A DNA stretch of 64,000 nucleotides, from assembly GCA_049724395.1 (NCBI GenBank), contig JAUGWO010000062.1, positions 62,001 through 126,000 of the forward strand, given 5' to 3'. Below are positions 1-12,390 of this stretch, one piece after another. Position 1 is the stretch's first letter. Every line of letters starts with the position of its first letter. This DNA is from Spongospora subterranea f. sp. subterranea. Lineage: Eukaryota. Both the position numbers and the translations under genes were made by a program. A model generated the notes under the pieces. It was not told the DNA's origin. It was given only the letters and a program-made list of their open reading frames with translations, and did not search any database.

Positions 1-130
1 GACTCAACTTCAGAGGGCACATGTCCCCAGTATTATGTAAACAACAATTTTACGCCTCACAATAGTCAGCGTGATAAGGTCAGCGTGATAGGTCAGACAA
101 AATAATTTTGTTATATTAGACGGTGAATCC

Positions 131-2213
131 CTATGATAAATGGGAAAGAGCCTGATCTGCGAAGAATTTTACGTCTTGATCTGTATCATCCTAGATCAAC
201 AGAATCCGATTAGTATGAAACATTCGCAGAAATTCCATATGCAGAGTACGTAAGGTGGATGATTCAAAAAATCACCAACGCCAAAGGATAGCAGTTACCT
301 TTAATTTGTTCAAAACCGGTCGAATACTGTTTTGCTTAAAAGCGGCATCCAGGAGAGGCAAAATTGTGTCGATATTTCGCGCCGCACAGATGCGAACTGT
401 GAATACCGTGAGAACCCACTACAACACCGAACTGTAATCCCGACCATTTGGAATGTTATCCTTGATGGCGTTAATTAAAATGGGAACGAGAGTTGACGTC
501 GTGAAGGGCGCCTTGAAAAGAGGCATGCACTCGACCGTGATTTGCATTGGGATTAGGCGGAACAAGTAGTTTGTCCTGGAGTCGAAATGCTTCAGCAGTT
601 CCGGAATCAGCTTATTCTGTATCGAGAATTCGGACGAGATATGACACAAAACTGTTTCAATTACCTGTCCCCAGTCGACGCCGAAAATCTGGATTAGCTG
701 CTTGACCTGCGCCGGTACCGACGACCGAACATGGGCAACCCTGTCTGTTGCCAGCCGCAACAAAATCTCGTGATACTTTGACTCATAAACCGTCAATGAA
801 CAGCTTTTCATCAAAGCAGAAATCTTGTTCACGACACCAAGACGAATACGCCACTAATAGAATCTGAAAACGAGATATAGTTCGTGCCGATGCAACACAT
901 ACCTTAACGTCACAAGACAACTTGGAGAAAATAGGTGCCAGTGAGACAATCCAAGACTCACCACCAGCCAGAGCGGCAATCCTGTCAACGTTATGCAGAA
1001 CATTACAGCGAAGATCAAAAGCTTCCTCGCCCAGCATGTTCACGATGATAGGCAATAGATTGGCTTGAGCCGCTTTTTGCTCGATTAATGGACATAATGG
1101 AGCAATGATTTTTGCGAATGCAAATTTTGTTTCATCAGCAGAATCTATGGCGAGAGCTTTGGCTGCAGCGATCATGAATGGAGTGGCCAGAGCCGGACCA
1201 ACGGCCGTGGCAATATCGAGCATGCCATCAACTAAGGCAGTTCGAACTTCCGGCTCAGAATCGGAAACAAGCTTTGCAAACAATGGCATCAGCGATTCGG
1301 TGAGGATTGCAGGCGTGGCAGCCTTGCAAACAGCAGCGAACATTTTCGCCAGATGCCGACGAACTTTCCAGCTTGAATCGGCCGCTGCCTCTTCAACTAA
1401 TGGAACAGATAAATCAGCATTGGTGGATGCGTCGACACTTTTGCCAATTTCAACGGCGCAATCCACGATCAGAATTCGAACTGAGTCTTGATCGTCTTCA
1501 CACAACGCCCGAAGAGATTGGATCAAGTCAGATCGCAGAAAGGTTGGACCCACAAGGGAACATAGCGCAGGCAACGCAGTGAATGCGGCTTTTCTAACCA
1601 TTGGGGTCTCATCTGAACACATTTTCTGAATGATACCTCGTAAAACAGATTTACTCTGGTCCGAGGTGACTTTCTTGTAGATTGGGACGATTAGTTGGGC
1701 CGAAGAGCACCTCCCTGAAAACCAGGTCGCGTGCGATAGGCGTTCGCAGCAAGGGACAAGGAGATCGGAGACTTGCGAGGGCGTCGTTAACTCAATGATT
1801 CGAGAAGCGCCACGAACAGCCGCCTCACGAACGCAGGTTTCATCCGCTTGCATTATTGCCTCCAACATGGGGAGAACACTTCCAGCAGGAACCTGTACGG
1901 TCGTTGAACACAGTTCGCCGAGCTGCTCAGCCATGACGGCGAGGGCTTCATCAGAAACAACGCGATCGAAAGTCTCAAGAAGTGGTGAAGCTCCGGCACA
2001 TTCTGATCCGCTGGCAGCGGCGGCAGCATTGTCAGAGGCAATATCTTCGGCATTACGAAGAGTGGCGTACTGCGCAAGCATTGGCAGTAATTCGGAGCGT
2101 GCACGATTGGGACCCAAAACCATTGCAATTGTCTCAAGGCGGCGAAGCGACCTCAGGATTACTTGAGTGTCATCAGAATACAGGCCCGTATGCAAAAGCT
2201 TCAGAGGATCCAT
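131..2213 (-). CDS. PPP2R1A: Protein phosphatase 2A scaffold (A/PR65) subunit, HEAT repeats; 4 exons (2213-903, 853-445, 396-299, 190-131)
   Basis: Motifs LGPNRARSELLP, WFSGRCSSA, DETPMVRKAA, DDQDSVR, DSSWKVR, DSEPEVR. Removing GT-AG introns at 854-902, 397-444 and 191-298 restores DVK|WRIR, PN(V)RICAA and the conserved end DDTDQDVKFFADQAL with TAG at 131-133. Confidence 0.93.
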
Positions 2214-2768
2214 TCAATGCACAGCCTGCCTGGGACCCTGCAGAATAGCAGGCGCGCTGGCGTGGATGCGATCCACAGCGAGGATATAGTTGGAAGACGT
2301 GCAATTCAATATTCAACAATCCGTATTGAAAGCAAAGAACGGGGTCGATTAAATAACGTTTCTAAAAGATGGTGAGCACAGGAATATACAAAACAGGCCG
2401 CGCTACACACTCATATGGCACAGTACAGTCACTGTTCCAGTGTAGTCGGTCAGAACGGAGCCTCGTTCACCTCATGGTCGATATCAACAAACCTAGGCAG
2501 GCCAGGACTATAGAAGTATCTAACATTTGATCGCATGCAATGCCACATTGTTTTACAATATGGGTATTTGGCCAATTTCTACACGGTCGAGCAAAAAAAT
2601 GGAAAGTAATTTCTTTTGCGGCAAAAATGTCAAATCATACTTGTTTTAATGCTTGTTTAAGACAGCGGTCTAAGCCACCTTGTCATTGGTTATTTACTAC
2701 GAAGGCGGATAATCTGTGGAGGTAAATGATTTCGACGCCAAAGTGAAGAAACTAAGAAGGATATTAAA

Positions 2769-4795
2769 TCAGTTTCGTGACGACCGCCTTCGTGCCGCAA
2801 TCTCTTTGTTGCTGGGGCGACCGACTTTCCGAGGAGCTTGAGTCTCAGCATCGTCGTTGGATCCATCGTCATTGTACTGACAATTGTCCATGGCCGTATC
2901 TTGGTCGTCATCCAGACGCTCCAAATCCAGCTGGACTTCTTTCAAGTCTTGCATGAGGACGTTCTTCATGTTGGCATCAGCGTCGACATTGTCTTCGGTA
3001 GAATGGGGCGAAACCATATCCTTTTCCAAATGCGTCTTTTCTGTTAACAGAGCGCTGTGAACCTCTAACAAGCGCGAAAGTTTATTCTGAAAACAAAACG
3101 AGGGTGAGTACAAACAATCTTCAACAAAAAACAATATAGATATAAAAAACAGTAAAACGGGCTTAATTGAAAACATGACTCATATCAATCAGGATGTAAC
3201 AATAGGGAGTGAATGAAACCCAGAATTACAACATCAGCGACGGGCACCACCATTGGAACTAAATGAGAAAGGTTAAGATAACTTATGAAAACCAACACCC
3301 CCACAAAAAAAAACTGAAACGAATTCGCAAATTTGAATCCACGAATAACGTAAACAATGTGATCAAGCACTGAACTTACCTGTAGTTGGATATTGGCAGA
3401 TTTGATAACAGCTGATGACTGAACAACTTGGAAAAGGCGATGTTCTGCGTGCTTTGCCCTCTGCTCGGCAGCCTCCACCACCATTACAAACGCGGACATT
3501 TTCTCATTCGACATTTCAACATCACACATCAACCTCTCGGAGACTTTCTTGACAGCCAGCTGCTCTTCAGCAAAACGTTCTGCGGATTGTTTTAGAGACT
3601 CATTTTCTGCAGTCAACAGCTCCAATTTTGACGAGAACGATTTTGCTTCTGCCAAAGCGTCATCCAATCGAGAAGTCACAAGGCGCAAAGATTGTTCTAA
3701 ATCTATTTTTTGCCGTTCGGTTTCTTGCGACACATTAGTGGCCTTTTTCAAACGGCTTGTCAGTTCGTGAAGCTCTTCGGTAAATCGCCGGATAAATGCT
3801 TCCAACGATGGTTCTCCGACCGACCCGGATGCTTCTTCAACTTCAACAACACCATTTTGCATAATGGCATCGGGCTTCTGCTGCTTCAGACCATGCGCTT
3901 GACTCATAAACGTCAGTTCGTGTTTTAAAGAATCCACCTCCAGTTGTAACTCCCGAATGCGGATATCCTTGACAGCCTGCGCTTGTTCCAGCGTTTGCAA
4001 TGAATCAACCTGACGAACTGATTAGTAAAGCCCAGGGTTTTGCGTTTGTCGTGACTGTAAAAACCATTCAAGCTTCTCTCTGATTTAAACAGAGAAAACA
4101 AGCGCACAAAGTAAAAGCCATGAATCATAAACCTAACCTGAGCCTTAACATTGGTAACTTTTTGTGCCTCCAGAGCTAGAGCAGTCTCGACTTGGTGTTT
4201 CAAACTGTCTAAAGTCTCCAGTTCACGGGCGTTTTCCGCTTTGCGGTCTTCGAAGTCCTTCTGAATCGTTAATTCCTCGATCTTGCATTGACCTGGGGGA
4301 TAGCTAAATAAATTTTATAGATGATAAGAACTGAATACGAACCAGTCTCCCGCTGAATTCGCGCAATTCCGTCACGATAACTTTGGATTTGGTCCCGCGT
4401 TTGATCTAGTGCTCGCCGAACCTGAATGTAAACATGTCTACTGTATATTGGTAAGTCAGAAACTGTGAACTAACCTGAGCCAACTCGATCCTGGCGTCAT
4501 CCCGTATACCATGTTCATCGAGAATCCTGTCCAGCAATTTTTGGCGTTTCGTCAATTTATTTGCCGTCGTATTATGATTGAAACTGCTAGTTGTTTCCCT
4601 AAATACGTTTCGTTATGGGGGAACTATGAGGCAAATCTAGAATATTAGCTTATACCCGAATTCGGCATCGGCTTCAAGATCATCTTTATCTGAACGACAA
4701 GCCCGGCGACGAAGATGTCCAAAAGCATTACGGTCAGCGTCAGCCTCTATAAGATCAATATCGTCAGCGACTTCTGTCTTGCTCAGCGTGAACAT
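2769..4795 (-). CDS. Multi-exon coiled-coil protein of unknown function; acidic stretch and basic RKVGRPSNK (AT-hook/NLS-like) C-terminus
   Basis: E/K/Q/L-rich heptad-like segments in ORFs 4637-4948, 3925-4203, 3185-4000 and 2769-3176 can be joined by GT-AG introns (e.g. 4599-4655). Start codon uncertain. Confidence 0.6.
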
Positions 4796-5154
4796 GCCAG
4801 GGAGCCCGTCTGGGAAATACTGCTTCCGACGCCGTTTGCCATGGTCATAAAGTGAATCTAGAGCGTGCGGCCAATTGGTCGACTGCGGGGCGGCCAACAT
4901 CGTCTTGGGACCCCGACGTGTCACCTGTAAATGCCGCCCAGAGTCCAATTAAGAGCTCTTTGGTTCAAAATCGATCTGATAAAAAATTGAACGAGAAGGC
5001 GGACTGATTTCAGATTGCACGCGCTGTACTGCGGCCTTCGACAGCGTTTATGCGTACATAAGTCAGGTGATGACGGGTTACAGTTTAGTCAACGTGCGCA
5101 AATAAAATCAGTGAACAATATTGCGTGACTGCTATCATCAGGCGGGAAGATCTA

Positions 5155-6445
5155 CCCGTGTTTACTTTTGATCACTTCGCACTTTTGATCACTTTTACAG
5201 TGAGAGGCCGCGGCACTGTCGCACTGTCCTAAAATAGAAAGCATCCATTAAAGGCATCATGAGCGTCCAGGAAGCATCCACGGCAGATCATGTGGGATCT
5301 CGGAGTGAGACTGTCGGTTCCAGTACAGTAGCTTAACCTGACACAATTTGTATAAGACCCATGGGGTTTTGTTGTTAGAGGATTGGTTTGTGGTTTGTGT
5401 TTAAGATAATCGCTCTTTATTGGTTAGAGCCCGGCGAGATCAGCATTCTGGCAGAGCTAAATTTCCACTGTAATTTGACTGTGAAATACAAGTTCCCCTT
5501 CTGGCAAGGAAGTTGAATTTTATGGGCGAAATTTAACACATTAATTGTGCGTACGCGTATTACTTTATTTGCGTTATTTACGCACTTCATTATAACAGCG
5601 CTCTGAAACTTGACTCAGGTCACCCCTCTAAAAGAACAACAAACATTTGTCTTGTGATCCATGACGACCCTGTTAACACATCGTAACCAATCATAGTCCT
5701 CAGTTTCATCGGCTCGTAAATGTAAACGCTTTCTGCAATTGCAGCACGCGGGACAATGCAAAAAATTGAAGCCTTTGGCCGAGCGTGAACCTGATGCTGA
5801 TCGTAGCGACAGTCAAGGCGAACATTTTTACTTTCCGAATGATGGTGTCTTGACTGACAAAGAATTTCATTTATCAACGTCATCCTTTCGAAATGGACCT
5901 CAGGATCACATCATCGTAACAGTCACTTTAACAATAGCACGACTACGCTGTGGAGATGAATATAGGCCAACCAACAAAAAATCAACTCGTCATCAAGCAA
6001 TCACAGGATGCTGAGGTATTTTAGCCCATGCTTTCGACAAGACACTTTTAGACAGTCGTTTTGTGATGAATCATCGTCCAATTCTGGGTCAGGAAATGCT
6101 TCGGAACAAAGTGCCCCAAAACTGTTTGAAGATCTCACAGCCTCTAACTGCTCCCAAATTATCGAGAAAAAATTGAAGAACATCTCCAAGTACGACTATC
6201 TGCGATTCGTGCAATCAAACATTACTTCAGTTTACGTCAGAATTCTATGACAATGATGCAAGCCTCGAAACAAGTTGCATCTCAGTTTTTCCGAAAAACA
6301 ATGCTGATTCATGTTCACGATAGATCAGGCGATGTTTGAGTTTTTTGCCTTTGTCACCAAAAGCTACCATGTCACCGCCAAGTTCCTTACAAAGGTCAAA
6401 TCACTTGTGAATGACGATGATGTTGCCACGGAATGCATGATATGT
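5155..6445 (+). mobile_element. Probable left end and degraded N-terminal transposase region of a DNA transposon
   Basis: TA followed by CCCGTGTTT and a doubled ACTTTTGATCACTT (5164-5177, 5181-5194). Broken frames read YDYLRF...KLPCHRQ...TKVKSLVNDDDVATECMI and stop abruptly where Gypsy sequence starts. Confidence 0.4.
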
Positions 6446-9130
6446 GTATGATCGCAGAGTAACGACGCGATCAGGTTTTGGCGTGACGTCTACCGTTTTT
6501 TTTCGCAGCTCTATGGCTACCTGTGAAGCAACGAGTTTGGCGAGTGATGCTTTTTATGTGGTCGCCGGCTTCCCTCCTGGCCTTGTCGTTGAAACGCTGT
6601 CTGACTACATATTCCTCTTCAAAACTTTGGTAACTGAGTCAATAAGTGAAAATCATGCCTATCGCCTGCGGTTATATGCTGATTCTACCCGCCAAATTAT
6701 CCAGGAATCGAGGTTGCAGGTTGCCCATGATGGTGCCGGATTTGAAATTGAATCGATTCGGGAAAGTCGCCTCAATCTGAGTGTAAATGGCAGCTGCTAG
6801 TTAAATGGCGGGGTGTGAAGAGGTTTTGCACTCGTGGGAACCTCTCCTGTGTTTGTGTCAAAGTTGTTGTCACCAGGAACAATTTCCTATAGTCAGGTAG
6901 GGAATACGAGAGTTGCAGTGCTATTGCTCTAACGGTTCAAAACGTCCCAAGCTTTTCCGTTTAAAAGTCCCAGCAATTTCGATATCACCGATCTTGGCAT
7001 CGGCATCTCTGACAATGGCAAATTGCTTCTGTAGGCCCGGCGCATTATCTCCGTATAGAGATTAGGTTTTGTTGACAAAGTCTTGATAAACTAACGGCAG
7101 CAACAGGCTTCAGAATTCTGCTTCTGGGAATGATTTGATTTGGGTCCAATAGCTAAAATACCCATTGAGATGCTCCTCCAATTTTCTTTCAAATGAGGCC
7201 GTGGTTGCTCTATTGTAGGTGGGTTGCCTCTTACGCAACGCAGCGTAACGACGCGGTATCTGGGCTATCATTCTCGAAATGGATGAATTCTGAATTACAC
7301 CATCGTTTGAACATGGATAATCTTGTCATTATTATGGAAAGAACGGCAACACGGTGGTTGAATGCGCTGAGGTTGCATTCAGAATGGCGCTCTTTTCTGA
7401 TACTCGTGTAAAAGGATCGAAAACTTGTAAATTCAGTTACGGTGATCAGTAAACAAACAACAAGGCTTTGTTCGAAAGAGGAAATGCTTTAGGCGATTAC
7501 ACCCTTCGACGGTAAGATAAGCTTCTTTTTCAGTTATAGCCCATCGAAGCGAATTTTCCTTGAAAGTGCCGCTAGGAAAGGCCAGCGATTGATGACGTTG
7601 TTGATCGACTGGAAACGACAGGTCAGCAATGGAATTTGGGTTAACACCAAAGACCACGACTTTTCAGACGCATCGGGAAACATACAGATTTAAAGATCGT
7701 CCTTCGGATGAGTTAGCGACTTGAACGAACACAATCCCAAACAATATCAGATAATGAAATCTTCCTCAGCAAAGACCTTTTGTTACTGTTAATTATTTTT
7801 TGGCCACCTAGAAGCAATTCCTGAAGAGGATTAGTTAATTCGGTGTACCGAGGATTTCGACATCCGATTTTAAGAGCACACAAAATTGTTGCCATTTGAG
7901 GTATTGGCATATTCCTCAAGGGCTCAAACAAGCTTTGGCTTGAACGAAATACCTTCTGAGAGATAACACAACCAGTCCACTTCACTTTGTTAGAAAAAAG
8001 GTGACACTTGTCTGGATTTCAATTTTCATTAAATTTCTCTTAGGTGATAATGTACGCCCACGAGAGTGCAGATGTTTGTCGAGTTTGCGGTACCCGGGAA
8101 TAATATCCACCCACAGAAGAATAAAGTCATAAAGAACGGTGCCGAGAGCCTCATGCATCCCGGTCTGAAATGATGAAAACAGAGTCCACAAGCCCTTGTA
8201 CAACATCTCGTGATTCATAAAAGAACATGCCTCTTGCGAATCTGGGTGTAATGGGAACTGCCAGTACCCTTTGAAGGCATCAAGCAGGAAGAAAGATTCG
8301 GCATCCTTGAGATCATTAGAATCACATCGATCGAGGTAATAGCCTTATGGTAGGTTGAAAAAGCCTGTTAATACAACCATGACGTCCAAGAAGGCTGGTA
8401 TGATTTTTCATAACTTCTTGATAAACCGGAGGATGGCGTCGATTTTTGAATCGAGCAAAGTTGTGATGGATGACAAGACGTAATTTTTAATGCATGACTC
8501 TGGCTGGTGGATCATCACCTAGTTTCGTGCGCCATGATGTGGCATTGACTCCGGATTGAAACCGAGATCGAAGTTGAAGCATTCGATCGATGCTGCTTTT
8601 AAGTTCGCTGTCAATAGTAAGCCCGACATCTCGACAATATAATCTTCACCAAGTTCTTGTCCAGTATCCTCAATAACAAATCGACCAAATATCGTAGGTG
8701 TAGAGAGTATCTTAAACAGAAGTTTCCACTATGCCCAAATTGAACAACTCAGACTTCCCGATTTGTACGATCTCCATGTCGTCATCAGAGATATAGCATT
8801 GAACCCCACGAAAGGTGACTGTTCCCGCTTTAGTTTGGAGAGTAAGATCTAACCCTTCAGTTTTGAATATAACATGATGATACTTAGTGACGAAATCGCA
8901 TCATCATTTTGGAAACTAAACTAAGCATTGCATTTTAACGTGTAGTTCTCGATGACCCATTATCGAGCTCAAAGGGAAAAGAGAATATACCTTGTGCTAT
9001 AACAAAATCTGACCATTCATTGACATTCTGTCTGATTTATTGGTTCCGTCTGGAAACAAGACGCCACAATCTTTTACGCGCCAAATGCAATCTGTTGATG
9101 GCTGTTAATCCCATGGTAAGATTAGCCGAC
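6445..9130 (-). mobile_element. Degenerate Ty3/Gypsy retrotransposon pol (protease-adjacent region, RT, RNase H, integrase remnants)
   Basis: FFLLDAFKGYWQFPLHPDSQE (RT, about 8231-8300), ILLWVDI (YxDD position), WAITEKEAY...LFTDHRN (RNase H, 7433-7657); many stops and frameshifts. Boundaries approximate. Confidence 0.85.
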
Positions 9131-9587
9131 ACAATCACGTGCAGCGACGAAATTTGCCAATCCTCATCGTTCTCCGCTGCTTTTGTTGGCCGGGACCTTA
9201 ATTTGCTAACCCACCACATCATATCCAAACGGATATGATCTGCCCGCTGCCGCCACCAGCTCTTGATGCCGAAAAAGTTCCATATTTCTATGGTTCTCAA
9301 CGTGTCCATCTCGCTTGTAAGACCGCCTTTGTCCCATAACAGGGATTTGACCATGGGAATCAGCCCATTCCCCAAGATTTAAAAATTAAATAATTTAATT
9401 TAATTTAAAAATTAAAAGTCTGTTATGACCATTCTTTGTATGGCATCTCTCAAATAGGCCTGTCATGCTATCAGGCAATGTGGCAATGCATTTTCATTTT
9501 ACCGTCATCTAAACGATGTTAATCTGTCCTTTTCTCTGGTCCTATCCTTCTTTTTCTCTGGTCCTATCCTTTTCGATTGATTCTGTC

Positions 9588-11690
9588 ATGGAGCTGGCCG
9601 GAACTGTCGTTCCGCTTCCTACCCGCCCAGCTTACCTCCCACGCCATTCCTGACGTCATCATTTTTCTCAACAATATGAAGCGTACGTGGACAATGTCTC
9701 CGATGTCAACGTCGGACGCGATGCTGCTGTTACCCCCCGACCAATTCGTAAGTTAATCGACCGAATGTTATTGACAACCATCGTTTAGTTTGAAATCCGG
9801 GATGTCGCCGACATGCTAATGCGACCGACGAAAGACATTTGCGACTTCTGCGTTAGCGTTCTGGACGAAACGAAATCGCCTTTTCTTTTGGTCCTGATTC
9901 GTTTTTGATGGCCTGAGAATGGATGTCCGACAACAGGATCCAAAACTTTGCGTGTTTGATTTATTGAGAAATCCGTTCGGACGATCCAGGATGCTGGACT
10001 GACCGACTTGTTTCAACGAGAGCCGATCTTGCACGCTCGCCAGGTGTCGGCAAATATAGCTGCGCTCGAGCCCGTCCAGTTTAAATTGCCCTTGGAACGC
10101 CGTCTGAAAACCGACAGTATTGTTCTCAACAATGATCCAGACGCTCTCTATCCCTTCATCGTCGAGCAAACTATAGCGTATCATAGTTGTCACCCCTTCG
10201 TTATCCGACCCAGTTCTACCGATGGCGCTGGAGCTAACGGTGGAACACACGCTCGTGACCGAACAGGTGGTTCATCGAGCAATTTCTCTCCGCCTCTTTG
10301 CCTTAATCCGGCCTGCGCCGCGCGAGGAGAATCGCAACTGCCGAGCCCGCACCGACGACGAGAGACGGCGTCTTCTTCGCGAACTTCACGACGCTCGCCA
10401 ACGTCTACCGCCTCGAACTACGTCCCCAGCTACCAAAGTCGGGGATCCACGGCAGATACGTCGGTGAGCCAATGACGCCCCACGTCTGTTGCTGCGTCCG
10501 GCCGTCGTTCGCATGAGATCGCGCCCAGTTCCCAGTACCCTAACACTCGACATACCACGTCTATGGCGAACGGTTCAATATCTCCGCGTTTTCTTTCTGG
10601 AACTAATGGGATTCCCCCGTCGTCGAATCAGCCACCAGCATCACCGCGGTCTTGGCGACCACCCGGCCCGAATATAAGTAGCTCTGTTCACCTTGCAACC
10701 GAAAGAACTGAAGTAGGTGACGATTTTACTCCCAGTAGTCCCCCCGAAATTAGTCGCCAAGTTTCCATATCGACCAGCCAGGACTACCTTATTGTCGACC
10801 AATGCTACCATCCTTTGGCGATACGGTAGGTAAGTACGTCCCCATCGGGAACTCCTACCAATTCCGTGACTCTGTCGATTCGCGATCTCGCCTTGGATGT
10901 CGTGGCGACTGATCTGAACTTACTCTCCTGGGACAACGTGAAAGGTGCGAGGTTAAAGCTCTCGCGGTAGCTGGCGGTGTCGAAGTCCCTACTCGGAGAA
11001 TCAACGTACCGTTCCATGGAATTTTTGGGAGAGCGGAACTCTCGTTTCTTCAAGCCAAGGTCGATATCAACATCAATACTTCAGAGGGTCCAGTGATTAT
11101 GCGTCGGACATGGATATACATCAGCGACGGCGACCTTCCATCCTTCCTGATCGGGGACCCGCTTCTCTGCAAATTCGGCGTCAATGTACGCGCCCAGCTA
11201 ACTCAACTGGCAGAAAAAAACAAGCGGTTTTTATTGACGAATCCATCCCTGGGTCTGCTTACGCCGTTCATTTTGACGACAGTCTGCCAGACCGCTGACG
11301 GCCGAAATTGACGATGCCTATGCTGACGTACCCTTCGGCATCGATGACCCGCTGACATCTCTTTCGTGCCTTCGACGTAATTATTAATAAGACTCGTGCA
11401 GCCGATGCTCCGTCCGCATTCCTCCGAGAAGCCTCCATTTTGCTCTACGAATACCGCGATGTATATCGAAACAAACTCGGCCCTGATCCACTCGCCGACC
11501 TGCCTCAACTGGCAATGCGTTTGTAACCAGATGCTCAATCTTTCTGTCATCGCGCGCGTAACGGCACCACGCTACCAACACTTTCTGATCCGTTTCTGTG
11601 TGCTAGTGAGTTTTGGATACATCCGCCCGCTTCCCAATTCCCGTTTCTCTTCCGCGCTGTATTTGACGTCGGGCAGCCTGGAAATATGCG
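9588..11690 (+). mobile_element. Second degenerate Ty3/Gypsy element (gag-protease region to the start of RT)
   Basis: DININTSEGPVIMRRTWIYISDGDLPSFLIGDPLLCKFGVNV parallels DLTLQTKAGTVTFRGVQCYISDDDMEIVQIGKSELFNLGI of the minus-strand element. A pre-RT-like segment LVSFGYIRPLPNSRFSS lies near 11600-11650. Confidence 0.6.
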
Positions 11691-11769
11691 GATAGACCAC
11701 TTCGAGGATCGTGGCTCACCAAAAACAAAACGACAGCATCTATTTTATCATGATAATAAACTCCGATTT

Positions 11770-12062
11770 TCAATTTTTGACCAAAAATAAAATCATTTTG
11801 ACGCTCTCAGAGCGTTCAACGCTTTCTATTGCGTTTGTTGACATCTCTGTTTTCAACGGCGAATTCAATTTTTGTCAGTGCCCACGCAGTATTTCACCTG
11901 GCCGACCAAGTTTAGAAACCCCGATTTGAAATTTTTGACCAAAAACAAAATCGTTTTGACGCTCTCAGAGCGTTAAACGCTTTCTGTTGCGTTCGTTGAC
12001 TTGTCTGTTTTCAAAGGCGAATTCTATTTCTGTCAGTGGCCACGCAGAATTTCACCTGGCCG
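11770..12062. repeat. Imperfect tandem duplication, about 135-bp copies with about 158-bp period
   Basis: AATTTTTGACCAAAAA...GACGCTCTCAGAGCGTT...TTTCACCTGGCCG occurs at about 11772-11903 and 11930-12062. Confidence 0.85.
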
Positions 12063-12390
12063 TCAGTTTCTGCAATCGGCGACGTTCCGCCTTGATGTCG
12101 GGGCGATATCGTTTAGGGTTTCTACAATCTGCGACGTTCCTCCTTGATGGCGTGTTTGTTGTTGGTGTTGCGTCGGTTTGGTGAAATGGCGCGCTGGTAC
12201 TGATTCTGCTGTGGATTTTAGTTATCGAAAACGGTTCATCGATGCATTGAATTTGAATCGGTCAGGTCAGCTTTAGATATCTGTTTGCCAATTTCCCCAA
12301 TTATTACTACTCCCTCTGTTCAGAATTAGTATCCGATTTGCGCACTTTCTCAAGATTAAGGCAGATTTTTGTCCCAACATACCGCAGACA

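Noticed and set aside
64..97. Short tandem duplication GTCAGCGTGATA(A)G
   Set aside because: About 2.5 copies of a 14-mer downstream of the PP2A stop; no evidence of function.
9037..9375. 112-aa ORF between the Gypsy relics
   Set aside because: No recognisable motif and a non-ATG start.
9531..9572. Doubled TTTCTCTGGTCCTATCCTT
   Set aside because: Simple local slippage; it cannot be tied to an LTR, PBS or PPT.
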